IMG/VR virus record: IMGVR_UViG_3300038463_000730
Span: 186,001-250,000 of that record
Direction: 5' to 3' (one strand)
DNA: 64,000 nt
Shown here: piece after piece, positions 19,677 through 29,552 of the stretch
Numbering within the stretch: the first letter of the stretch is position 1
Layout: each line of letters starts with the position of its first letter
The notes under the pieces: generated by a model
The model's database searches: none
What the model was told of the DNA's origin: nothing
The model's input: only the letters and a program-made list of their open reading frames with translations
Program-made: the position numbers and the translations under genes

Positions 19677-20396
19677 TTATGTATCTTTGGCCGGAGTCAA
19701 GATAGCAAAAGCATCTTCTTTTTGGCTTTGATCTTGATCCGATTGGTCAAGTCGTCCAAGCGTATCGTACCCTGCATAGTCAGAGTCACCCGTGTGAGAA
19801 TTGACTTTTTCAGCTGTAATTAGGCTGTTAATGTAGGTACGGAGATTTCGGTCTTCCCATTCATCCGATGGTATATTCTCTTGCTGGAACAATCGACGAA
19901 TGTGATCAAGCACGGCGTGAACATGGACGTTGCCATGGCGATCTTCAATGAAGTTTTTGATCGTGCTATCGATAATCGGATGCTCTTGACAGAGCTTTGG
20001 CATCTTTTTATTCGACTCTTCATCATCACCGAGTTCGACCTCGATAGATGGTTCAGTTGTGAGTTGAGCTTCGTCGCTCGGCACAATACCGGAGCCAGAC
20101 ATCATCGGTGGTTCGGTTGCGAACTGAGCTGTTTTGGCTAGATCCCGGCGCTCGGCCTCGGTCATCTTCAAATACGTGGCTAACCCGGTGCGCGAACGCA
20201 TATCCGATACAGCTTCCTCCACCGAGGTATAGCGAGACTTGTTTCCAATGATTTCGTTGATTCGATCGATCGGTACAGCTTCGTACTGACGTCTCGATTG
20301 AACGTTCTCTTTGTGCAAATTCTTAGCGAATGTCCGCTCTAGTTCATTAGCGAACATATCACTCTGCGTGACGATTTTGTTGCCACCACGACTCAT
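19677..20396 (-). CDS. Hypothetical head-region protein
   Basis: ORF with AGGA RBS; LAKTAQ motif. Confidence 0.6.
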   Translation of the reverse strand: MSRGGNKIVTQSDMFANELERTFAKNLHKENVQSRRQYEAVPIDRINEIIGNKSRYTSVEEAVSDMRSRTGLATYLKMTEAERRDLAKTAQFATEPPMMSGSGIVPSDEAQLTTEPSIEVELGDDEESNKKMPKLCQEHPIIDSTIKNFIEDRHGNVHVHAVLDHIRRLFQQENIPSDEWEDRNLRTYINSLITAEKVNSHTGDSDYAGYDTLGRLDQSDQDQSQKEDAFAILTPAKDT

Positions 20397-20404
20397 ATCG
20401 TTCC

Positions 20405-21367
20405 TTATTGGCCTGGGTAGTTTGCTGCCCAGTCCATGTTATCAGACGATGTACTGTCGAAATCTTCGTCAATCATGTAACCACGGTCACGACGAAGTGG
20501 GTAACCCATATCTGCCAACAGCTGCATCGTCTCGGCCTGATCACGTTCGGTCAATGAATACTTCTTAACAAGTCTGCCGAAAAGGTCTTCGATATCATGT
20601 CCGCCCGATACAGAACCGTTAATGCAGATACGAGCGATACGGCTGATGTACATCGGAACCGTAACAATGATTCCACCGACGTGCGTGGCCTTCTGGCCCT
20701 CTTTCACGAGTGCTGACTGGCCCGAGGCTCTTTTCTTCGTACGCTTCTTACCCTCAAGGGTTTCGAGGCGCTCCGTGAGGCCACCGATGCCGTTGTTAAT
20801 GTGCTTCATTGCCTCTTCAACCATATTTGCATCAATCGCACCGTTGTAGTCATTGCGCATGGCTTCACGGGTCTTGGATTTTAGGTTGTCGAGATACGAA
20901 AGCGCACGGTCACATCCAGCGATATCGTTCCCACTGTGCTTCGGAACGTTATTGAATCGATCAGAAATCCACGCCATGAAATTATCGGCCTTGGAATAAT
21001 CCCACGGGTCATGCTTTTCCTCTTGTTTGTGTTCATCAATCTCCACTTCAGCATCCGAAACGGTCAAGTCATCTTGAGCGTCGTTCGGTGCTCCAGGGAT
21101 CCGTGGGAGCACGAGCTGAATCTCTTCCATTGGCATGACTTGCATGCCATGTGGTTCTCCGCTGTGAGCGTGCCCCTCTGGCTCTTCGTGAACTTCGAGA
21201 ACCTGCTCCTCTGTCGGAGGTTCTTCCCCTTCGTAAACGACAAGGTCATCGTCAAGATGAACATGCGCCGGGTCTTCCTCCTTGTCCTTGGCCATATTAG
21301 AGCCCTGAGGAAGGATTTGTGCAGTAACGATAAGAGGCTGGTTGTTGTTTGTAGGTGCGAGGGCCAT
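20405..21367 (-). CDS. Hypothetical head-region protein (acidic N-half, helical C-half)
   Basis: AAGGA RBS; TKKRAS motif. Confidence 0.6.
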   Translation of the reverse strand: MALAPTNNNQPLIVTAQILPQGSNMAKDKEEDPAHVHLDDDLVVYEGEEPPTEEQVLEVHEEPEGHAHSGEPHGMQVMPMEEIQLVLPRIPGAPNDAQDDLTVSDAEVEIDEHKQEEKHDPWDYSKADNFMAWISDRFNNVPKHSGNDIAGCDRALSYLDNLKSKTREAMRNDYNGAIDANMVEEAMKHINNGIGGLTERLETLEGKKRTKKRASGQSALVKEGQKATHVGGIIVTVPMYISRIARICINGSVSGGHDIEDLFGRLVKKYSLTERDQAETMQLLADMGYPLRRDRGYMIDEDFDSTSSDNMDWAANYPGQ

Positions 21368-21418
21368 GGTTTTCCTTGAGAATCTAATCTATCTAGTATA
21401 ACTGGATATTAGTTGAGT

Positions 21419-21712
21419 TTAGCCCTTCTTGGGCTTAAACTTGTCTGGACGAGTATCGGTAATCTTCTTCTCGTTCTCTTTTTGACGCTTCTTGTTCTTC
21501 TTGCGCCATTCCGGTATTGATTCAGTCTTCCCATCCGTCATATCCTTGTAAACTGACGTTCCGGGTCCGGATGGACAATCCACGTAGTCATAGTTCTGGA
21601 ACAGCTGAGCTAACTTCGTACGATTACCAGTTGCATACTCTTTACACAAGAGTTCGAAAATATAACAGCGTTTTACAATCTCTTTCATGCTCGTACTCCT
21701 AATCCGGGCCAT
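21419..21712 (-). CDS. Small basic hypothetical protein
   Basis: ORF between neighbours; start probably MKEIVK behind AGGAG. Confidence 0.5.
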   Translation of the reverse strand: MARIRSTSMKEIVKRCYIFELLCKEYATGNRTKLAQLFQNYDYVDCPSGPGTSVYKDMTDGKTESIPEWRKKNKKRQKENEKKITDTRPDKFKPKKG

Positions 21713-22530
21713 TCAGGTCTGGCCAATCCCGGATCCCCATCATCCGAATCCCCAGTTTCGACAATTTCTTGTCCTTCGTTTACTTTGCCTCGATACCCTT
21801 CGAGTCTTTCAATTCTAGGTATCCAGTTCCATACGTCCGTAGCGTTTAATAGTGCAACGGTACGTTTCGGATTGTATTCCATTGCCTTATCAAGCTTTTC
21901 AACCATGTAACTGTCGCTTGCGCCAACAATCAGCTTTGAGTGCTGCTTGATCCAACTGATGATCTTCGGGTCTAGATCAAAATCTAGCTTTGCCGCGATG
22001 TAAATGGCTCGTACGATGCGTTTTGCGTCTCGTCCTAGGGTTAGCTCGGGCTCAAGACAGGTTCGAACCATTCTTTCCTTAATGTCCTTCATTCCAAGCT
22101 TGGTCGGGTCAAGTATTGTTTTCAAATCGAGGCTTAAGAGCAACGCATTGCATGTGAAATCACGACTAAACATCTCCCGCTGTAACTCAGTAGGATTATG
22201 AATGCCTTTCTTTGCCAAAATAGCATTGATACTCGGGTCAACATTGTTTGATGAGAAATCTATCTTCAAATTCGATAGATCAACCGAAACGTGACCGTCA
22301 TCAGCTACTTTTTTCTTGATATTGAACTTCTGACCCATCGCATGGGCGAATTCTTCAGCTAAAAACCGAACCGACTTATCACCTGTCGTGATATCGAGAT
22401 CTTGGTACTTGCCTTTTGATTCACCGATTACTTTATCGCGCGGAATACCGCCACAGATGTACGGCATCGATATGTTCTTGTACGATCGATGTATCTGATA
22501 CAAAGTTTGCAGTATTTCGGTTAGTTTCAT
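21685..22530 (-). CDS. Class II tRNA nucleotidyltransferase (CCA-adding)/poly(A) polymerase family
   Basis: YICGGIPRD, DLDITT (DxD), SRDFTCNAL, DAKRIVRA. Confidence 0.88.
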   Translation of the reverse strand: MKLTEILQTLYQIHRSYKNISMPYICGGIPRDKVIGESKGKYQDLDITTGDKSVRFLAEEFAHAMGQKFNIKKKVADDGHVSVDLSNLKIDFSSNNVDPSINAILAKKGIHNPTELQREMFSRDFTCNALLLSLDLKTILDPTKLGMKDIKERMVRTCLEPELTLGRDAKRIVRAIYIAAKLDFDLDPKIISWIKQHSKLIVGASDSYMVEKLDKAMEYNPKRTVALLNATDVWNWIPRIERLEGYRGKVNEGQEIVETGDSDDGDPGLARPEWPGLGVRA

Positions 22531-22541
22531 CGGTTTTCAAC

Positions 22542-24437
22542 TTACTTAGCTGCCGGAGACATCGGTCCACCTGGTGTCACGGTCGGTGGAACGATTGGTT
22601 TCTCTTGTTTCTTTGTGATCGGCCCTAGTTCGGTTGCAATCGGCTCAACTTCAGCCGGGGCCTTGGACTTGTTCTCAACTTGGTTCATCAAATTGGTCTG
22701 CTCGACGTTCTTACGAAGCTCCTTGCGTAGCTTGTCTTTCTTCATCTGCTCGCCTAGGTGTTGTTTGACACCGGCCAACTCGCCACCCTCCGGCTGATTC
22801 TCTTCTGCATCGAGTTCTGTCTCTTTAGGCTGATTGTTGATTGAGTGCTGCTGTCCCATGTCATGGAGTGACTTCCCCTGGCCATCTAGAGCGCCACCGA
22901 TACGTGAACGAACCTCTTCAATACGTGTCAAACAGTACTGGTTCGATTCAAGCGCCGAGCGAGTAGCCTCGGCAAGCGATGGGAAGAAGCTGGATAGCCC
23001 AAGTTTGTCCATCATCATATCAACGATTGACAATCGACGAGCAATCTCACGATTCTTGAAGATACGACTCAAATCGTCAAGCTGGCGAACAATATCGGCC
23101 ACCTTCAACGTAGCAAACGCCGCATCGATGAGCGCATCAAAATCCTTGTGCTCCGGACCCGTATCTTTCTCGGAAACTTCGATGTCCGAACCTGGTTTCG
23201 CGACCGGCTTATCCATCGGCTTCGGACCAGAAATGACAGGCTTTGGTTCCCCAAGTGGTTTGGGTAGTCCGGGAGGTTTCGGACCAAGGTTTGTCGGAGC
23301 CTTTGCCAACGGTGGCTCTGCCATCTGCGCCTGAGATACACGATAGCCATGGTTATCAATTCCAAGATGGGAGTCATCAATATCCATCGTATCTTCGACT
23401 TCCAAGACATCTGCTTTCGCGGTATCAATCTGAACTTCCTCGTCTTCGGCTGAGTCATCATCGTCGTCTGGTCCGAACCCGTTTAGTCCGTCCAGAAACT
23501 CCTTCATCCCCTTGTTCGGATCCCCAGCAAGCGGGGATGCCCCCACAGGAGGGGTCGGAGCAGGAGCAGAGTTCGGAGCGCCCGCAGCTTGAGGCGCAGG
23601 CGGAACCGCTGGCGCAGCAGAACCCTGCGGTATTGGTGCCGCATCGTTCTCATCTTCATCATCGACGTCATCCGAATCTTCATCATCGTCTTCCATGTCA
23701 TCTGCGAAAAAGTTCGGACTGATATTTCCAAGTTCGCCACCATGTGTGCCGGAAGTGTATGCATCAGACGATAGATCACCGTGACCAGGCAATCCTTGTG
23801 CAATCTTCACTAAGAAATCATGTGATTTAACCAATCCGGCGCGTTTCAGAATGTTCGCGCGACGAATAATCATGTCCTGATAGATTTCACTCGATTCGGT
23901 CTTCTTGTTTACTTGATGAAACTGTTTTTCGAGCTCATTCAGAGCGTCGAGAAGCTTCTCCCAGTGCTCTCCGCCAACAGCTTTGCCGTTGTCATCGGTA
24001 AGTAGTTTACGAGCCGAGTGGAGGCGTCCGATGATCTTCTTGCGGTGAAGCTCAATCTTCTTTTTACGTTCTTCTTCCGATATAACCTGGTCTTTTGCCG
24101 AGTTAACATCAGCCGTGTTACCAACAGGGATCGCCGCGCCAGGTGATGGGACCGGATCCGGAATTGTTGGGCGTGTTGGAAGGAAGTAACCCTGATAGCC
24201 GTACTGTGCTTGCTTGTATTTCATATGGTTCTTCTCTTCGTAGAACTTGATCCAATACGAAAAGTCGAGTTGGTCGTCTTCATGCCAATCGCGCGTTATC
24301 GTTTTGAATGCTTGTTGAAATGGAACGCCGAAATTACATCGGGCTTTGATTTGACGAAACGCTTCCATCCACTTCTCAGTATTCCGAGGTGGCTTATGGG
24401 CAATATAGTCATCATAGTTAGGGTATGCCTGTTTCAT
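22542..24437 (-). CDS. Large putative internal-head protein with acidic and Pro-rich linkers
   Basis: MKQA, YKQA and LVKIA motifs; RRANILKRAGL helical module. Confidence 0.6.
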   Translation of the reverse strand: MKQAYPNYDDYIAHKPPRNTEKWMEAFRQIKARCNFGVPFQQAFKTITRDWHEDDQLDFSYWIKFYEEKNHMKYKQAQYGYQGYFLPTRPTIPDPVPSPGAAIPVGNTADVNSAKDQVISEEERKKKIELHRKKIIGRLHSARKLLTDDNGKAVGGEHWEKLLDALNELEKQFHQVNKKTESSEIYQDMIIRRANILKRAGLVKSHDFLVKIAQGLPGHGDLSSDAYTSGTHGGELGNISPNFFADDMEDDDEDSDDVDDEDENDAAPIPQGSAAPAVPPAPQAAGAPNSAPAPTPPVGASPLAGDPNKGMKEFLDGLNGFGPDDDDDSAEDEEVQIDTAKADVLEVEDTMDIDDSHLGIDNHGYRVSQAQMAEPPLAKAPTNLGPKPPGLPKPLGEPKPVISGPKPMDKPVAKPGSDIEVSEKDTGPEHKDFDALIDAAFATLKVADIVRQLDDLSRIFKNREIARRLSIVDMMMDKLGLSSFFPSLAEATRSALESNQYCLTRIEEVRSRIGGALDGQGKSLHDMGQQHSINNQPKETELDAEENQPEGGELAGVKQHLGEQMKKDKLRKELRKNVEQTNLMNQVENKSKAPAEVEPIATELGPITKKQEKPIVPPTVTPGGPMSPAAK

Positions 24438-24460
24438 CTGAGTAAATACTGAATTATTGG

Positions 24461-25201
24461 CTATTTCAGCTTGTCTCCAACTGTTTGGGTTAAAAACTTA
24501 GCCTCAGCTAATCTGACTTCAGTCGGTACCGGAACGTTGGCTTGAAAATCTAACGATCCGATACGTTTAGTGTACTGCTCAACGAAGTACAACGACGCCT
24601 CGTAATCGATCATTGACAGAACATCCTTTACCGTTTCAATGATCAGGCCAATTTGTTTATCAGCAACTTGCAACGTATGATTATGCTGGATGACTTGATC
24701 AGGCGCACCGTTATTTATCTTGTTTGCTTTATCCAATGAATCCATCAGCAGCGTAAGATACTTGAAAAGCGTATGGTCATCTTGGAATTCAGCCGGATCA
24801 TCTTGGATCTTGTCGAAAACCTGTTCAACACGCATTTCGATCATTGCTAAACAATTGTTAACTTTGTCTCTCGTAGACAACTCCGAACCTACCAGCTCCG
24901 CCAGTCGTTCTTTGTACTTTTTATTTCCACGAACCGTCGCACTGAGCGCTTTATCAATGTCGTTATCGGGACTTTTGACCTTTAAAATGTCTTCACGCAT
25001 CTGGACATAGAAATCCAGATGCGTGTTTGCAAATGTCTTAAGGAACTCTAGCGAAATCACAAATCTGGATTCGCTTGGAGTAGTGTATTTACTTTCTAAC
25101 CATACGTGAACGTCCTCCGGGGTCGAGCCCTGGATTAGTTTCGCAATAATCATATCCTTATCGGGGTGGTCCAAGAATTTTTTAATTGCAGTTTTGTTCA
25201 T
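24461..25201 (-). CDS. HTH/helical protein, candidate terminase small subunit
   Basis: N-terminal HTH-like HPDKDMIIAKLIQGSTPEDVHVWLE followed by helices; in the packaging region; assignment tentative. Confidence 0.35.
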   Translation of the reverse strand: MNKTAIKKFLDHPDKDMIIAKLIQGSTPEDVHVWLESKYTTPSESRFVISLEFLKTFANTHLDFYVQMREDILKVKSPDNDIDKALSATVRGNKKYKERLAELVGSELSTRDKVNNCLAMIEMRVEQVFDKIQDDPAEFQDDHTLFKYLTLLMDSLDKANKINNGAPDQVIQHNHTLQVADKQIGLIIETVKDVLSMIDYEASLYFVEQYTKRIGSLDFQANVPVPTEVRLAEAKFLTQTVGDKLK

Positions 25202-25898
25202 AGTCAGTTTCCCATATACTTATCAAGTTATATCCAGCCTTCTTTATCAATTCCTCGCGCTGAAGCGTCTGTTGATACAATTCGCCGAATGTTTTCTTAC
25301 TCCTTTGATTGAAATCGTTTTTATTAAATCGAATTGGGTTGCCATGCCAATAATCACCGTAAAACTCATACACGGTATTTGTTTCTGGCTTGTACCCATC
25401 CACTTTGTAATTATGATAGAGGACTTTTACTAGCGTCTGCCGATGTGCAACATCTACACCGAGTCCGTCTAACCATTCCGTCTCTTGCTTAGAAATACGC
25501 TTTAAACAACGAGGGCAACCATTACCTGCAAGGTGGTTGCCTGGAGTCTGACTAAACGCAACATTACAGCGTTTACATAAAATCGAGATCTTGGTGTCTT
25601 TGTTTTTGTAGACTACACCTGCGTAATCGTATAGCTGTCCATGCACCTGGATAGCATCTACCACAAATTCGCTAATGCGTTTGCGTTTTGATTCGGCTTT
25701 GGCAACGTTACCACATGTCGGACAGCCCTGACCTCGCATATGATTATTTGCTAACTGTGTGAACATGTGTTCACACACATTACATCGAACGGTTATCTTC
25801 GAACTTAGGTTTACGTAACCACATTCCGAATAGTCATATGTGCAACAGTGAACCAACCTGCATCTATCTAAAAACTCTGATTTGGTCAGTTTCCTCAT
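25182..25898 (-). mobile_element. Putative homing endonuclease: DUF723-like zinc repeats plus a Vsr/PD-(D/E)XK-like nuclease
   Basis: Two YDY...I.C..C...F.Q...NH..G.GCP.C repeats; VDGY..VYEFYGDYWHGNP..GYNLISIWE. Confidence 0.8.
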
Positions 25899-25912
25899 AC
25901 ATTAGATATAAC

Positions 25913-26314
25913 TTAGTCCCGCTCCGTGTGTGACGCGCTTACTTGTTTTATTGTATGCTCAACAGAACGCAACTCTTCTGCACGAATAGGTTTGCCAACC
26001 AAAAACTTATTCAATGCTGGTAAAATAACTCCATCGAACTCTTTTGATTCTGGTGAAGGAGATACATGCATGCCATCTGTTAGTGACGGTGTCCAATAAA
26101 CATTCATACTAAGAACGCCACTCTTTGGATCGAAAATCAAACCTTGGACGCCATACTTTCCTTTAAGTCGAAGACTGTTGAATAACTCTTGTATATTCCC
26201 AGCCATATATGATGCATCAATAGATTGGTCAGTAGTATACTCCATCTGGGGTCTGACTTGCTTATGCGGATGTTCTTTTGTTGGAAAAGAATCTTTTGTT
26301 TGTACTGGTGGCAC
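25913..26314 (-). CDS. Hypothetical protein
   Basis: ORF fills the gap on the minus strand. Confidence 0.5.
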   Translation of the reverse strand: MPPVQTKDSFPTKEHPHKQVRPQMEYTTDQSIDASYMAGNIQELFNSLRLKGKYGVQGLIFDPKSGVLSMNVYWTPSLTDGMHVSPSPESKEFDGVILPALNKFLVGKPIRAEELRSVEHTIKQVSASHTERD

Positions 26315-26325
26315 TTGTGCCGTTT

Positions 26326-27048
26326 TTACTGATGCCCCTTCTCGAAGAAATTACCTAGACGTGAATCACGTGTATCGAAGATGGCATGTGGCTCATTGTG
26401 AGGGATTTGTGTCTGTTCAGCCACCGATCCGCCCGGCACATGTTCGCCGGTCATCAGTTTGAACCCTGCTTCCCAATTGTACTTCTTTTTGTCGAGTGAA
26501 CACTGATATTCATGTTCGCCAACTCTAGCGATCTGGACGCCCGGATGGTCTGGGCAGTAACGTGTGTTCAACGGCGCCTCTAGAATACGATAGTCCTTGT
26601 AGTACGGACTTTTCTGAATAGCCTTTAAGTTATCCGCTGTCTTTTCTGACTTGTTTAAGTCTTCTTTGACACCCTGGTACTTCTTACGAAGCTCATCTAT
26701 TCTGCTCTCCATGTGCGCATCGGCCTCTGCCCTGGCATTCTTAGGTGCCGCAATGCTTAGGAGAAGTTCATCAAGCACAGAGGCTTGTTTCTGCAAAAAA
26801 TCGTCGCCAGAAGAGTCAAACTCTTCGGCAATGACTCCAAGTTCATCTACTTTTTCAGGCGTCAGCACAATAAACGGCTCGATGACCTCCGCCTCGGCCG
26901 CAGCCTGGCGTAGAATGTCTGCTGCCTGTACGAGCGCGTGCGCGACGATCTCGGTAGCAAGGTCGTCGTGTTCCGCAAGCATCAATGCTTCGTTATTTTC
27001 GCTTTCTAGTGCCGCAGCGAAGGCTTTTAAGTGTTCAGAGATTTTCAT
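26326..27048 (-). CDS. Putative head protein with C-terminal CPDH..C zinc-ribbon-like motif
   Basis: AEEFDSSGDDFLQKQAS module; RYCPDHPG...YQC. Confidence 0.6.
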   Translation of the reverse strand: MKISEHLKAFAAALESENNEALMLAEHDDLATEIVAHALVQAADILRQAAAEAEVIEPFIVLTPEKVDELGVIAEEFDSSGDDFLQKQASVLDELLLSIAAPKNARAEADAHMESRIDELRKKYQGVKEDLNKSEKTADNLKAIQKSPYYKDYRILEAPLNTRYCPDHPGVQIARVGEHEYQCSLDKKKYNWEAGFKLMTGEHVPGGSVAEQTQIPHNEPHAIFDTRDSRLGNFFEKGHQ

Positions 27049-27063
27049 TTGAAGTCCTTTGTA

Positions 27064-27879
27064 TTATTCTTCGTTATCGGCATACTCAGGGAAAGCTTTT
27101 TCATATTCCTCAAAAGTAGGCTGTAGATTTTGCTCTTTCCACTTCTTATGAGCATCAGCAAGCACTTGCTCAGGTGAATTGGAGTTCATAATCCGTTGGT
27201 ATTCCAGGTACCCTGGAGTGTCTGGTCTATTTTGTGTTCTTTCTTTGTATGTACGCTGACGTCGCTCTTCACCTTTGTCGAAATTATCACGTACTTGAGC
27301 TGGCATGGTCGGATTGAGACCAGGACCGTAGGGCCAAGTCAACATCACTGCCGGATCCGATATGATAGATTTTGCAGCCTTCCATAACTGATCACATGCC
27401 AACTGAATTGTCTTGTCTACCGTATCGGCTTCGGTTGGCGTTATCTTTTTGTTCTCGTGAATCTCAAGACGAACATCATTCAGCTTCATAATGATGTTGT
27501 AACTAGTTCGAGCAGCCTCTCTTAGAGAGATATGATCAACCTTGGCTACCAATTTTGCGAATAACTTCTCGGTCTCACGCAGCTGCGGAGCACTCCGAAG
27601 CAAAGAGTTGAACTGTTTCTTATCTTGCTTATTCTCTTCAGGTGTCGGACCACGATGAACATACTTAGTCTGTTCAATACTAGATAGACGCTTCAATCCA
27701 GCTTCAAACGTGCCGAAAATCTTCGCAATCCGATCACGGTAGAACCGTACTCGCCCGGCATCGATCACAACGCCAAAAGAAGCATCTTCGCCTGGTCCAA
27801 CCCAACTAGGTTTACCTTTTGGCAAAGCCGCATACTTTTTAGCTAATTGGTTAGCTCGTGCAGAGAGCTTCTGGCTCAT
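27064..27879 (-). CDS. Hypothetical protein
   Basis: GAGG RBS; LAKKYAA motif. Confidence 0.6.
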   Translation of the reverse strand: MSQKLSARANQLAKKYAALPKGKPSWVGPGEDASFGVVIDAGRVRFYRDRIAKIFGTFEAGLKRLSSIEQTKYVHRGPTPEENKQDKKQFNSLLRSAPQLRETEKLFAKLVAKVDHISLREAARTSYNIIMKLNDVRLEIHENKKITPTEADTVDKTIQLACDQLWKAAKSIISDPAVMLTWPYGPGLNPTMPAQVRDNFDKGEERRQRTYKERTQNRPDTPGYLEYQRIMNSNSPEQVLADAHKKWKEQNLQPTFEEYEKAFPEYADNEE

Positions 27880-27894
27880 CGTTCACCAGCCTCA

Positions 27895-29529
27895 TTAGAA
27901 GAAAATCTTGCTGGTATTGAAGATCGCACCTTCGTACGACTCTTCCATGCCCTTGCGATACATGGGCTGACAATCACCATTTTTGTCCTGATAGACCTTG
28001 TGGGTCGGTAGACCGGTGTGTCCACAGATTGGGAATTTGCTGTGTGCATTACGAACGATACGAGGGCACTGTGTCTCTGGCTGCACTGGTCCGGCAGTCT
28101 TAGAAAGACCCGCTAAATAGGCAATCATCGCTGTCTCGTGCGCTTTCGCATCCATCTGAGAAAGAATGTTCAATGCGTCTTCTGCTTTCACAAAATTACG
28201 CTCGGTCATCGCCTGACGAACAACTTCAATCAACTCGGAAGGCTTCGATCCATAGAGAGGAGACGTTGCTGCCGATGCTCGGAAGTCAAAAGCCTCTTTC
28301 TTCATGAACTCTTCGATGTTTGCTCGGTTCAACGGGCGCACCGAGCCATTACAGATGAACATTTCTGCCATCGGGCTCGACGCAGTCATGCTAACCGGTA
28401 CGTGAAACGCTGTTTTGCCAAGATTTACTGCGTACGTAACAGCAGTTTCGGTGCAATCAGCAACGGCAACCTGGAAATTGCGATATCCGCAGTCCATCAA
28501 CTCGCCTTCAACCGATTTACGACCTGTAATTACCTTGCGCTCACCGAATTTGAAGTTTGCGCGACCGCCCGGTGTATCAAACTTGTCTGCAAGTGTCGTG
28601 AGACGCTCATCTTTGAACTGATGAAGCTGAACATCACGCTCGGCGGCTGCTTCTACCTTGATTCCAGTGATTCCGTTGGCAAAATAGCCTGTTTCGCTGC
28701 GATCTTCTTTGGTCGCGGCTGTCTTCATACGAGTAATAGCCAGCTCGATCGAGCTGACACCCGCACTACCACGACGAATACGATCAATTACGGCTAAAAG
28801 ATCGACCGCGCGAACTTTAATCTGGTTACCAGCGTACAAATTGAGGTAACTCTTGATGTTGTTTGCGTTCAATTCTTCTGAACCACGGTTGCTAATGAAG
28901 CAATTTGCATCCAAGGCCGTTCCGCTAACTATTTCGACCGGAACATAGACGCTAGTAGCGCCTTTTGGCGTCTCGAAAGCAGCATGAACAATAATCGCCG
29001 CTTCATTTCCATCGGCAACCGCAGTACGACAGTCAATGCCGCAGTTATGAAACGCTGCCGAGACCTTACGGACAGCATCTATGCCAGCCTTTGGTGAATA
29101 GGAACGAAGCGGAACGCTCGGGTCAAGCGCACTCGCAAGCGCGTTGGCCATGACCGGGTCCACCACACGCGCGTAATCGGCTTGTAACGAACCATCTGGG
29201 TCACGTTTGTAAACCGGAACGTCGTTAGCGTACGTCGCTCCCTTACGCAATTCTTTATGACCAATCTCTTCTGCGAAGAGTTCAGTAAATCGAGTGTTTC
29301 GACTATAAAGACTTTGGTAGATTTTCTTCAATTCCGCCCTGGTAATGAACGCTTGTCGATCAGACATGCGTGACAATACACCGGCAACTTGACGAATCGT
29401 TGGGTCATCAGGAAAATCGTTCAATGCCCTCCGGACTCTCGTCGCCAATAGAGGGAGCGCCATTTTCTCGTTGTCATCCAAGAAGTTAGCGACTGAGGAA
29501 GCAAGTTTCGTTATGTTAGTAAAGGACAT
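27895..29529 (-). CDS. Putative head/structural protein with C-terminal Cys/His motif
   Basis: ITKLAS, MKTAA, MKKEA and LSKTAG motifs; C..CGH..C tail. Confidence 0.6.
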   Translation of the reverse strand: MSFTNITKLASSVANFLDDNEKMALPLLATRVRRALNDFPDDPTIRQVAGVLSRMSDRQAFITRAELKKIYQSLYSRNTRFTELFAEEIGHKELRKGATYANDVPVYKRDPDGSLQADYARVVDPVMANALASALDPSVPLRSYSPKAGIDAVRKVSAAFHNCGIDCRTAVADGNEAAIIVHAAFETPKGATSVYVPVEIVSGTALDANCFISNRGSEELNANNIKSYLNLYAGNQIKVRAVDLLAVIDRIRRGSAGVSSIELAITRMKTAATKEDRSETGYFANGITGIKVEAAAERDVQLHQFKDERLTTLADKFDTPGGRANFKFGERKVITGRKSVEGELMDCGYRNFQVAVADCTETAVTYAVNLGKTAFHVPVSMTASSPMAEMFICNGSVRPLNRANIEEFMKKEAFDFRASAATSPLYGSKPSELIEVVRQAMTERNFVKAEDALNILSQMDAKAHETAMIAYLAGLSKTAGPVQPETQCPRIVRNAHSKFPICGHTGLPTHKVYQDKNGDCQPMYRKGMEESYEGAIFNTSKIFF

Positions 29530-29552
29530 TTCTCACCTTGTGAAATACCGAA

